Source of the DNA: Myxococcales bacterium
GTDB lineage: Bacteria; Myxococcota_A; UBA9042
NCBI GenBank assembly: GCA_037441385.1
Contig: JBBISH010000144.1
Location: 1-14,279, forward strand
Length of the DNA: 14,279 nt
Direction of reading: 5' to 3'
Under the pieces are notes generated by a model. The model made no database searches. It had not been told where the DNA came from and saw nothing but the letters and a program-made list of their open reading frames with translations. Positions 1 through 7,604 of this stretch are shown in pieces (position 1 is the first letter of the stretch; every line of letters starts with the position of its first letter). The position numbers and the translations under genes were made by a program.

Positions 1-2
1 TC

Positions 3-1544
3 TACAACTATTCGGCCTCCAACTACAATTACTCGCGCAACCGCGCGGTGTTGGCCGATGTGGACTCGTACAACACCTTTGGGGCTGGCATCCAGAACCT
101 GGAAATCTTGACCGGCAACGGCAGCCAGCCCACTGTCTACAAGCTGAACGCCGACAACACCGTGTCGCTCATCCAAAATGCCGCCTCGGTGTACGACGCG
201 AGCCGCTTCTTGGTGGGCGATTTGGACTACGACGGCAACCCCGAGTTCTTCACCTCGTCGTGGTGTGAACCCACTGCCGGCACCAAGATTTTCCGTTTCA
301 ACCTGGGCACCGGCAAGCTGGACCAACTGCCGTCCATCGTCGACCCCGACAATGTCTGCCAGTACTGGGACGGCCGCGCGCTCACCGACCTCGACGGCGA
401 CGGTCGCGCCGAGCTGGTGGTCGTCAATGGCTACCCCGAGACGACCTCGCCGAGCAACTGGGCGGGCCACGGCATGGCCTACAAGTTCCCGGATGTGGGC
501 ACGATGGCCGCGCAGCCATTCTGCAGCCCGCTCGGCACCTGCGCCTTCGACATGAGCATCAGCGGACTGTACGGCGTGGGCGGCGGGGATGTGCGGGCCT
601 TTGGTGACAAAGTCCTGATCTATAATACGTATTCGGCCACCAAGGTCGTGGGTCAGACCAACAGCCTGACCGGCCGCTACTGGGAATTTGACCTGACTGG
701 CAAGGCCCTGACCGGCAGCCCGTCGACCACCGCGGGCAACTGGAACCCGACCGACGTCAACAGCGACGGGACGGCCGAAGACGTGGGCGAGGTCGCGCAG
801 ATCGGCCTGTGGGACGTCAACGGCGACGGCTTCCCGGACCGCATCTACAGCAGCGGCACCGAGTTGCGGGTGGCGCTGTGGTCGGCTAGCAAGGCGACCT
901 TCGTCGAGCACGTACCTTCGCGGCAGGCCATCTCGGCCAGCAATGTCAGCCTGCTCAGCGCCTGGGACATCGACGGCGACGGCCGCCTAGAGGTGATCAC
1001 CTCGGATGCGGCCAACAAGATCGGCTGCTTCCGCATGGGCGCCAGCACCTGGAACAAGGCCACCAGCCAGCCGCCACACTTGGGCGCCTACATGGCCACC
1101 AACCAGTGGGACAACTTTGAGCCCAACCCCGGCACCGACATCAACAACGACGGCGTGCCCGACAAGGCCATTCACCTAGCGTCGGCCGCGACCCGCAAGG
1201 GCGACTTCTACTCGTACCTGTCGTCGGCCACCGACCAGGACTTTTTCGTAGTCGACGCGAATTGGGGCGGCAGCATCTGCATGCAGGCGCCCAAGGGCAA
1301 TGACTACCAGCTCAAGGTCTATTCCAGCGTCGACAAGTTCGACAACACCACCAAGGCCGCGCCGGCCGATGGCAAGCCGGACGGGCTGTTGTGGACGGGC
1401 AAGACCGGCGTCGGCGGCTCAGTGTGCTTCAACGGCAGCCTGGTCAACCCCTACCGCTACGGCGAGTACAAGTTCGTCATCGGCATCTCGTCGGTCGCGG
1501 GCTGGTCGGCGAGTTGGCCGTACTGGCTGACGATTCCGAAGTAG
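3..1544 (+). CDS. FG-GAP/VCBS repeat (beta-propeller) extracellular protein with C-terminal PPC-like domain; 5' end lies outside the window
   Basis: Frame is open from base 3 (YNYSASNYNYSRNRAVLAD...), so the GTG at 48 is probably not the true start. About six DxDxDG Ca-binding motifs (GDLDYDGNPE, TDLDGDGRAE, TDVNSDGTAE, WDVNGDGFPD, WDIDGDGRLE, TDINNDGVPD). The C-terminal DNFEPN...LSSATDQDFF...DYQLKVY pattern resembles bacterial pre-peptidase C-terminal domains. Strong GC3 bias; ends in TAG. Confidence 0.8.
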   Translation, partial: YNYSASNYNYSRNRAVLADVDSYNTFGAGIQNLEILTGNGSQPTVYKLNADNTVSLIQNAASVYDASRFLVGDLDYDGNPEFFTSSWCEPTAGTKIFRFNLGTGKLDQLPSIVDPDNVCQYWDGRALTDLDGDGRAELVVVNGYPETTSPSNWAGHGMAYKFPDVGTMAAQPFCSPLGTCAFDMSISGLYGVGGGDVRAFGDKVLIYNTYSATKVVGQTNSLTGRYWEFDLTGKALTGSPSTTAGNWNPTDVNSDGTAEDVGEVAQIGLWDVNGDGFPDRIYSSGTELRVALWSASKATFVEHVPSRQAISASNVSLLSAWDIDGDGRLEVITSDAANKIGCFRMGASTWNKATSQPPHLGAYMATNQWDNFEPNPGTDINNDGVPDKAIHLASAATRKGDFYSYLSSATDQDFFVVDANWGGSICMQAPKGNDYQLKVYSSVDKFDNTTKAAPADGKPDGLLWTGKTGVGGSVCFNGSLVNPYRYGEYKFVIGISSVAGWSASWPYWLTIPK

Positions 1545-1572
1545 CGTGGTAGTCTCGTGCCCAGGAGGCACC

Positions 1573-2160
1573 ATGACTATGCGCACGAACGACCCGCTCA
1601 GCGACGGTCAACTGACGATTCGTCGGCCGTTTTTCTCTTTCTTGGACCGGACTTTCCGGGTCAGCGATGCTGCGGGGGCGCTGGTCGCCTTTGTGCGCCA
1701 TCCGCTGCTCAAGCTCCGCGAGCAGTTCAACGTCTTTGCCGACGAGGCGATGAGTCAGCCGCTTGCCATCATCAAGGCGCGGCAAATGATCGCCATCAAC
1801 TTCGCCTACGATGTCCGCGATCCGCAGACCGAAGCTTGGCTGGGCACCCTGCGGTCGCGCGGGCTGAAATCGCTCCTTCGCGACACGTGGGACCTACTGG
1901 ACGAGTCTGAGCAACCCATTGGGCTGATGGAAGAAACCGGGCACTCGCTGCTGCGGCGCTTCTTCCCGATCCTGCCGGGTCACTGGCGAGTGGTGGTCGG
2001 CGAGCGCGAAGTGGCCCGGGTCGATCAGGTGTTCCGCTTTTTCGTCAAAGAGTACCAGCTCACACTACAGGCGACCGGCGCGTCCGTCGACCGGCGCTAC
2101 TTGCTGGCCTGCGCCCTGCTGGCGGTGATGCGCGAGAACCGCCGCGAAGAGAACAACTAA
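1573..2160 (+). CDS. LURP-one-related / scramblase (tubby C-terminal-like) family protein
   Basis: AGGAGG at 1563-1568 precedes ATG 1573. Repeated short beta-hairpin units (RTFRVSDAAGALVAFV, YDVRDPQTEAWLGTLR, DTWDLLDESEQPIG, YQLTL) followed by a hydrophobic C-terminal helix (DRRYLLACALLAVM), the layout typical of this fold. Confidence 0.7.
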   Translation: MTMRTNDPLSDGQLTIRRPFFSFLDRTFRVSDAAGALVAFVRHPLLKLREQFNVFADEAMSQPLAIIKARQMIAINFAYDVRDPQTEAWLGTLRSRGLKSLLRDTWDLLDESEQPIGLMEETGHSLLRRFFPILPGHWRVVVGEREVARVDQVFRFFVKEYQLTLQATGASVDRRYLLACALLAVMRENRREENN

Positions 2161-2301
2161 TACGGTTTCCGTCCAAATCGGCTCGAAAGCTTCGGCAATT
2201 CTTCGGGCCCGAACCGGGGTCCCCGCCTGATTCTCGCCGGTTGCAGACCGGGTCAGAGGAACCGTACAGGCGTGAATCAGACGGGGTTCGTATAACCGGG
2301 C
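2161..2301. repeat. Structured convergent intergenic region: long imperfect hairpin overlapping a TA-flanked inverted repeat (REP/MITE-like element or bidirectional terminator)
   Basis: CCCCG-c-CTGATTC-t-CGCC (2221-2238) pairs with GGCG-t-GAATCAG-a-CGGGG (2269-2286). Separately, TACGGTTTCC (2161-2170) is an inverted repeat of GGAACCGTA (2258-2266) with a 1-nt indel. Confidence 0.5.
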
Positions 2302-2311
2302 ATTTCATGGC

Positions 2312-2583
2312 GCGGACAGCTACTGCCAGCTGGCCTTGACCCGGCCGTAGAACGGGAAGGCTTGGCCGTTTTGGTCAGCTAGGATCGCCGTGGGCGCGTC
2401 TTGGTCCGCGCCGGCAGGCGTCGGCAGCATCGGGTAGGCGTCGATGTGCGGCGGATGGTCGGCCTGCAGCGCCGGGGCGTCGGTGGGCAGGCCAAGCTTC
2501 CCGGCGATCTTGATGACCTCTTTGCGCACGTCGATCGACTGACCGGCCTGGTCGCTCGCGCTGGCAGACAGCTATTCCCAGCT
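2312..2583 (-). repeat. Pair of 20-nt direct repeats (2564-2583 and 2312-2331), each containing an in-frame TAG
   Basis: Minus strand AGCTGGGAATAGCTGTCTGC vs AGCTGGCAGTAGCTGTCCGC: 17/20 identical, 252 nt (84 codons) apart, same reading frame (SWE*LSA / SWQ*LSA). Confidence 0.7.
2320..2571 (-). pseudogene. In-frame C-terminal continuation (83 codons plus stop) of the 2572-3738 lipoprotein beyond an internal TAG
   Basis: After TAG 2574-2572 the same frame reads LSASASDQAGQSIDVRKEVIKIAGKLGL...QAFPFYGRVKASWQ* with the same high GC3 bias and no obvious ribosome-binding site of its own. Read-through or repair would give a 472-aa protein. Confidence 0.7.
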
Positions 2584-3738
2584 CCACACCTGGTCGGCCC
2601 ACACCAGCGGCATCGGCACGTAGCTTTTGTCCATCGTGGCGGTGACGTGGACGCAGCCTTGGGTGTCGTCGGCCACCGCGCTGACCGTCACGCCGGTGCG
2701 GGCGGTGAACCGCCACGACGCGGCGAGCTTGGCGCCGGCGGGTCGGGGCAGCGGCGCGCACACGGAGAAGTGCATCGATTCAAAGCGGTTGGCCACCATA
2801 ATCGCGTGGGCCGAGATGTAGTCAGCCTTGCTGGCCAGGGCCTTGACCACTGCGCCGATGAGGGCATGGGGGAAGCTGGCCGTGCCCGCGTCGGCAAAGC
2901 GCGCTTGGTCGTCGAGTTTGGTGGCCAGGTCCAGGTTGGGATTGAACAGCAAGCTCGACCGGTAGGGCGCGAACATCGCCAGTGCCACCGTGCTGGTAGG
3001 GCTGCTCGGCCGGGCAAAAGCGACAAAACTGGGCGGGTGCATCTCGGTGCCGTAGGGCGGGTGGCCGCAGTCGAGCACCCACACGCCGCGCATCAGCGTC
3101 CGGTCGCCAACCGCCGGCACCAGACCCAGGGCATCGTGCGGGAAGATCCGCTGCTCCAGCTCGGCGTGGATCGCCCCCTCGCCGCCTTCGTCTTTGTGCG
3201 AGTGGCCCAGGTAGGCGAAGTCGGCGTCCAGCTTGACGTCGGTGTTGGTGTCCAGGCCAAAGGCGTGGTCGGCCAGCACGTCGTCACCGGACTCGGTGTA
3301 GTGCGTCACCACGCCCGCCAAGTTCAGCTCGGGCTGATCCAGGGTGGGGTGCTTGGCGTCGGGACCGCCGACCACGGGCGCCCAGTGCCAGTCGACTTGG
3401 ATGTTGTTGATCCCATACTTGAAAAGCTCGCCGATGTACTGCCGCGTGGGATCCTTGGCGCAGACCGTCTGATCGGGCAGGGTGAAGTCCTTGGGCACAT
3501 GCGGCGCGTTCTGCTGCAGCGCCTGCGGGTCGCTCCATAGCAGAACCGGTCGGTCGGTGGGCAGCTGCGGGCCGGCGGAAACGGCGGTGTCGCCCGGCGC
3601 CGCGTCGTTGCTCGTGCTGTCCTTGGCGGTGGCCGCGTCGGCGGCGCTTGCGCTGCTGCTGGCCTGGTTGCCGCACGACGCACAGACCAAGCCGACGGTA
3701 GCCAAGGTGATGCCCGCGATCACTTTGAAATACTTCAT
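2572..3738 (-). CDS. Putative lipoprotein of unknown function, probably truncated by a premature TAG (full gene 2320-3738)
   Basis: GAGG RBS (plus-strand CCTC 3745-3748). Signal peptide MKYFKVIAGITLATVGLVCAS-C, then a Ser/Ala/Asp-rich linker and a globular region with the motif GDRTLMRGVWVLDCGHPPYGTEMHPP. Confidence 0.75.
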   Translation of the reverse strand: MKYFKVIAGITLATVGLVCASCGNQASSSASAADAATAKDSTSNDAAPGDTAVSAGPQLPTDRPVLLWSDPQALQQNAPHVPKDFTLPDQTVCAKDPTRQYIGELFKYGINNIQVDWHWAPVVGGPDAKHPTLDQPELNLAGVVTHYTESGDDVLADHAFGLDTNTDVKLDADFAYLGHSHKDEGGEGAIHAELEQRIFPHDALGLVPAVGDRTLMRGVWVLDCGHPPYGTEMHPPSFVAFARPSSPTSTVALAMFAPYRSSLLFNPNLDLATKLDDQARFADAGTASFPHALIGAVVKALASKADYISAHAIMVANRFESMHFSVCAPLPRPAGAKLAASWRFTARTGVTVSAVADDTQGCVHVTATMDKSYVPMPLVWADQVWSWE

Positions 3739-3947
3739 ACTTTGCCTCGACCATCGATCCGGTCCAGACCGGCGCGCCGGTACTCAGCCTAACGCATCTG
3801 TGGCAAAGCGAAAGGCCGATCCAGTCGACGCTCGTGCAGCACCACCGTGGCAATCGCAAAGCCGTGACCCCCAAGCGGTATGGCAACTTGCGGCCTTGGG
3901 CACCCGGCGTTACAGTCCCGCCGGCGCTTTGCGCCCAGGGGTTCCGC

Positions 3948-6587
3948 ATGAAGCTGCAGGTCAACGGAAAAGCCTACGAAATCGATGCCCCTGCTGGCAC
4001 TTCGCTGCTCGACGTGCTGCGCGAGAAGATCGGCATCACCACACTCAAAGACGGCTGCCAACCGCAGGGCCAGTGTGGCTGTTGTCTGGCGCTGGTCGAC
4101 GGCTCGCCCAAGACCACTTGCGCCATTCCGGCCGAAAAGGCGGTCGGCAAGCAAATCACCACGCTGGACGGCATCGACCCGCTGGAACGCGAACGGCTTT
4201 CCAAGGCTTTTGTGGCCGCGGCCGGCGTGCAGTGCGGCTTTTGCACCCCCGGCCTCGTGATGCGCGCCCACGCCATCCTGCAGACGCCCGGAGTGCCGAC
4301 CCGCGAGCAGCTGCAGACCCAGCTGGACGGCCACCTGTGCCGCTGCACCGGCTATACCCGCGTTTTGGATGCGATCCAGCTGGCGGCGCGCAGCAAGTGG
4401 CAGGGTGCGGAAATTCCCACACTCGATGCAACAGGTAGGGTTGGCAAGTCGCCGGGCAAGATCGACGCCGAGCGGATGGCGCTGGGCGAGCGTCCCTATG
4501 TGGCCGACATGACGGCGGAAGGTATGCTGCACGGCGCGCTGCGGCTGTCGGACCACGCCCGCGCCAAGGTGCTGCGCGTCGACACTTCGGCGGCGCTGGC
4601 CCTGCCCGGAGTGCGCTATGTGGCCACCGCCAAAGATGTTCCGGGGCAGCGCTGGTACGGCATGCTCTACAGCGACTGGCCAGGCTTCATCGCCGAGGGT
4701 GAGACGACGCAATATGTAGGGTCTGTCCTGGCGGCGGTGGCGGCCGACGACCCGTGGATCGCCCAGCAGGCGGCGGCGGCGGTGGTGGTGGAGTACGAGG
4801 TGCTTGCGCCGCTGACCGACCCCGAGAAGGCGCTGCTGCCCGACGCGCCGCAGGTCAACCCGGCCCACCAAAACCTGCTGTCGATCTCGCATATCGTGCG
4901 CGGCCAGGCGGAAAAGGCCTTGGCGGAAAGCGACTTCGTGGTCGAGGAGCACTTCCAGACCCAGCGCATCGAGCACCTGTTCCTGGAGCCCGAGGCGGCC
5001 TTCTGCGTGCCGTTGCAAGGCGGGCGCTTCAAGCTCTATTCACAAGGGCAGGGGATCTTTGACGATCGCCGGCAGTGCGCCGCGTTCGTCGGCCTCGCCG
5101 AAGACGACCTGGACGTGGAGTTGGCGCCCTGCGGCGGCGCTTTTGGCGGCAAAGAAGACATGAGCGTGCAGGCCCACGCGGTCCTGCTGGCCAAGCTGAG
5201 CGGCCGGCCGGTGCGGGTCAAGCTCACCCGCGAGCAGTCGGTGCGGGTCCACCCCAAGCGGCACCCGATGAAGCTGCACTACAAGGTCGGCTGCAACAAG
5301 GACGGCAAGCTGACTGCAGTGTGGGCGCGAATTCTGGGCGATTCGGGTGCGCACGCCAGTGTGGGCGGCAAGGTGCTGGAGCGCGCCGCGGGTCACGCTT
5401 GCGGGCCGTACGTGGTGCCCACCGTGGACGTGCAGGGCATCGCCGTCTACACCAACAACCCGCCGTGCGGGGCGATGCGCGGCTTTGGCGCCAACCAGGC
5501 CCAGTTCGCCATGGAAGGGTGTCTGGACCAGCTGGCCAAGAAAGTCGGCATGGATCCTTGGGATTTCCGCTACCTGAACGCGGTGGAAGTGGGCAGCGTG
5601 TTCTCGACCGGGCAGATCCTGGACAAAAGCGTGGGCGTGAAAAAAACCCTGCTGGCGGTCAAGGACCAGTACCGCGCCTGGCAGAAGGAAGGCCGGGCGG
5701 TGGGAATTGCCTGCGGGATCAAGAACTCGGGCATCGGCAACGGCGTGGCCGAGTGGGGCAAGGCGCGGCTGGTGGTCGAGCCCGACGAGACGGTCACGGT
5801 CTACAACGGCTACACCGAGATGGGTCAGGGCCTGTCGACGATCCTGGCGCAATGTGCCTGCGAAGTCACGGGCTTGCCCTTTGCCACCTTCCGCGTCAAG
5901 ACCGACACCCAGTACCAGCTGGCCTGCGGTCAGACCACCGGCTCGCGCGCCACGCTGCACGGCGGCAACGCGGTGGTGTCGGCGGCCCAGAAGCTGGCAA
6001 CCGAGCTGAAAGCCGGCAAGACGCTTGCGCAATTGGCCGGACAGGTCTTTGCCGGCGACGTGCTGACCAACGACACCACCGAGCTAGGCAAGCCGCTGCC
6101 CGAGGGCAAGAAGGTCAAGACCCACACGGCCTTTGGCTATGCGACACAGGTTGTCGCTTTGGACAGCAGCGGCAAGGTAACCGACGTGCTGGCCGCTCAC
6201 GACGTGGGTCGCGCCATCCACGAGGACCTGTGCCGCGGCCAAATCGAAGGCGCGGTGCACATGGGCCTGGGCTACGCCATCTCCGAGGAATTGCTGTGCA
6301 AAGACGGCATGCCGACGACGCACAAGCTGAAGGACATCGGGGTGTTGCGGCCGCGCGACACCCCGAACATCCAGGTCATGCTGATCGAGGATCGCGAGCC
6401 CGAGGGTCCGTTTGGCGCCAAGGGCGTGGGCGAGATCGGCCTGGTGCCCACGGCCGCAGCGGTCGCGGGAGCGCTCTACCAGTTTGACGGCCAGCACCGT
6501 ACGCGGCTGCCGATGAAGGACTCGCCGGCTGGCAAGGCCGTGTCGGTCGGCAAGCACAAGGTGCGCGGCACCGACTGGGACGCCTAG
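3948..6587 (+). CDS. xdh: Selenium-dependent xanthine dehydrogenase-type molybdenum hydroxylase with fused N-terminal 2x[2Fe-2S] and Mo-binding domains (XdhAC-like), 879 aa
   Basis: Start moved to ATG 3948 (MKLQVNGK, AGGGG upstream). FeS motifs KDGCQPQGQCGCC...C, QCGFC and LCRCTGY. Moco-contact motifs GGAFGGK, AMRGFG, EMGQG, TTGSR and AKGVGE (catalytic Glu). No FAD domain. The segments GIACGIKNSGIG and HTAFGYATQVV resemble the single-chain Se-dependent XDH family. Context with ygeW/ygeY/carbamate kinase agrees. Confidence 0.88.
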   Translation: MKLQVNGKAYEIDAPAGTSLLDVLREKIGITTLKDGCQPQGQCGCCLALVDGSPKTTCAIPAEKAVGKQITTLDGIDPLERERLSKAFVAAAGVQCGFCTPGLVMRAHAILQTPGVPTREQLQTQLDGHLCRCTGYTRVLDAIQLAARSKWQGAEIPTLDATGRVGKSPGKIDAERMALGERPYVADMTAEGMLHGALRLSDHARAKVLRVDTSAALALPGVRYVATAKDVPGQRWYGMLYSDWPGFIAEGETTQYVGSVLAAVAADDPWIAQQAAAAVVVEYEVLAPLTDPEKALLPDAPQVNPAHQNLLSISHIVRGQAEKALAESDFVVEEHFQTQRIEHLFLEPEAAFCVPLQGGRFKLYSQGQGIFDDRRQCAAFVGLAEDDLDVELAPCGGAFGGKEDMSVQAHAVLLAKLSGRPVRVKLTREQSVRVHPKRHPMKLHYKVGCNKDGKLTAVWARILGDSGAHASVGGKVLERAAGHACGPYVVPTVDVQGIAVYTNNPPCGAMRGFGANQAQFAMEGCLDQLAKKVGMDPWDFRYLNAVEVGSVFSTGQILDKSVGVKKTLLAVKDQYRAWQKEGRAVGIACGIKNSGIGNGVAEWGKARLVVEPDETVTVYNGYTEMGQGLSTILAQCACEVTGLPFATFRVKTDTQYQLACGQTTGSRATLHGGNAVVSAAQKLATELKAGKTLAQLAGQVFAGDVLTNDTTELGKPLPEGKKVKTHTAFGYATQVVALDSSGKVTDVLAAHDVGRAIHEDLCRGQIEGAVHMGLGYAISEELLCKDGMPTTHKLKDIGVLRPRDTPNIQVMLIEDREPEGPFGAKGVGEIGLVPTAAAVAGALYQFDGQHRTRLPMKDSPAGKAVSVGKHKVRGTDWDA

Positions 6588-6632
6588 CCCCCCTGGAACA
6601 AAACAAACGATTTCTACTGGAGTAGCATCTAC

Positions 6633-7577
6633 ATGAGCCAAGCCATCGTCGTCGCCATGGGCGGCAATTCGCTGCTCGACCCGGCCCTGCCGCCCACCGT
6701 CGAGAATCAGTTCGCGGTCACGCTGCGCTACATGCAGCCGGTCGCCGACCTCATCGCCCAGGGCAAGACCCTGGTGCTGACCCACGGCAACGGCCCGCAG
6801 GTCGGCTTCATGCAGCTGCGCAGCGAGATCGCCCGCGAGCAAGTCCATGAAGTGCCGCTGGATTCGCTGGTGGCGGATTCGCAAGGCGCGCTGGGCTACA
6901 TGATCCAGCGCGACCTGCGCCAGACCCTGCAAGCCAAGAACATCCCGGCCGAAGTCGCGACGATCGTCACCGAGGTCGAGGTCGACCCCAAGGACCCGGC
7001 CTTTGCCAAGCCGACCAAGCCGGTGGGCAAGTTCTACAGTGCCGAGCAGGCCGAAGAGTTCAAGAAGACCCGCGGCTGGAACGTGGTCGAGGACGCCGGA
7101 CGCGGCTGGCGGCGGGTGGTCCCGTCCCCGCAACCCAAGTCGATTACCCAGCTTTCGACCATCAAGAAGCTCATCGACCTGGGCGTCACCGTCATCTGCT
7201 GCGGCGGCGGCGGCATCCCGATCGCCTCGGGCGAGGGCGGCTTGGTGCGCGGCGTCGAGGCCGTCATCGACAAGGACCGCGCCAGCGCCTTGCTGGCCAT
7301 CGCCCTGAAAGCGCCGGTCTTTGCCGTCACCACGGGCGTCGACGTCATTTACGCCGACTTCAAGAAGCCGAACCAGCGCGCCCTGCCCACCACCACGGTC
7401 AGCGAGCTGAAGGGCCTGCATGCGCAAGGGCAATTTCCGCCCGGCTCGATGGGGCCCAAGGTCGAGGCGGTCATCGACTACCTGGAGGCCGGCGGCGACA
7501 CCGCCATCATCTGCAAGCCCGAAGACTTGGCCCTGGCCCTGCAAGGCAAGGCCGGCACCCGCATCTTCAAGGACTAA
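6633..7577 (+). CDS. arcC: Carbamate kinase (YqeA/ArcC family)
   Basis: Motifs VVAMGGNS, THGNGPQVG, PTKPVG, GRGWRRVVPSP, CGGGGIP, GVEAVIDKD, FPPGSMGPKV and AGTRI; 314 aa; TGGAG RBS at 6618-6622. Confidence 0.95.
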   Translation: MSQAIVVAMGGNSLLDPALPPTVENQFAVTLRYMQPVADLIAQGKTLVLTHGNGPQVGFMQLRSEIAREQVHEVPLDSLVADSQGALGYMIQRDLRQTLQAKNIPAEVATIVTEVEVDPKDPAFAKPTKPVGKFYSAEQAEEFKKTRGWNVVEDAGRGWRRVVPSPQPKSITQLSTIKKLIDLGVTVICCGGGGIPIASGEGGLVRGVEAVIDKDRASALLAIALKAPVFAVTTGVDVIYADFKKPNQRALPTTTVSELKGLHAQGQFPPGSMGPKVEAVIDYLEAGGDTAIICKPEDLALALQGKAGTRIFKD

Positions 7578-7604
7578 CTGCACTTTTCAACTAGGAGAAC
7601 CCCA

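Noticed and set aside
2161..2319. 6S RNA, SRP RNA or tRNA identity for the intergenic hairpin
   Set aside because: No SRP domain IV motif, no T-loop/cloverleaf, no clear 6S central bubble, and no room for a promoter between convergent genes.
3795..3870. c-di-GMP-I riboswitch suggested by GGCAAA..GAAA..CGCAAAGC
   Set aside because: No stem flanks the GAAA, and the spacing to GCAAAGC is far too long for the P1/P2 architecture.
3834..3947. N-terminal extensions given by the ORF track for xdh (3834), ygeY (8748), the LURP-like gene (1546) and the membrane protein (12450)
   Set aside because: The extensions lack coding bias and homology-like content; downstream ATGs with RBS-like sequences fit better.
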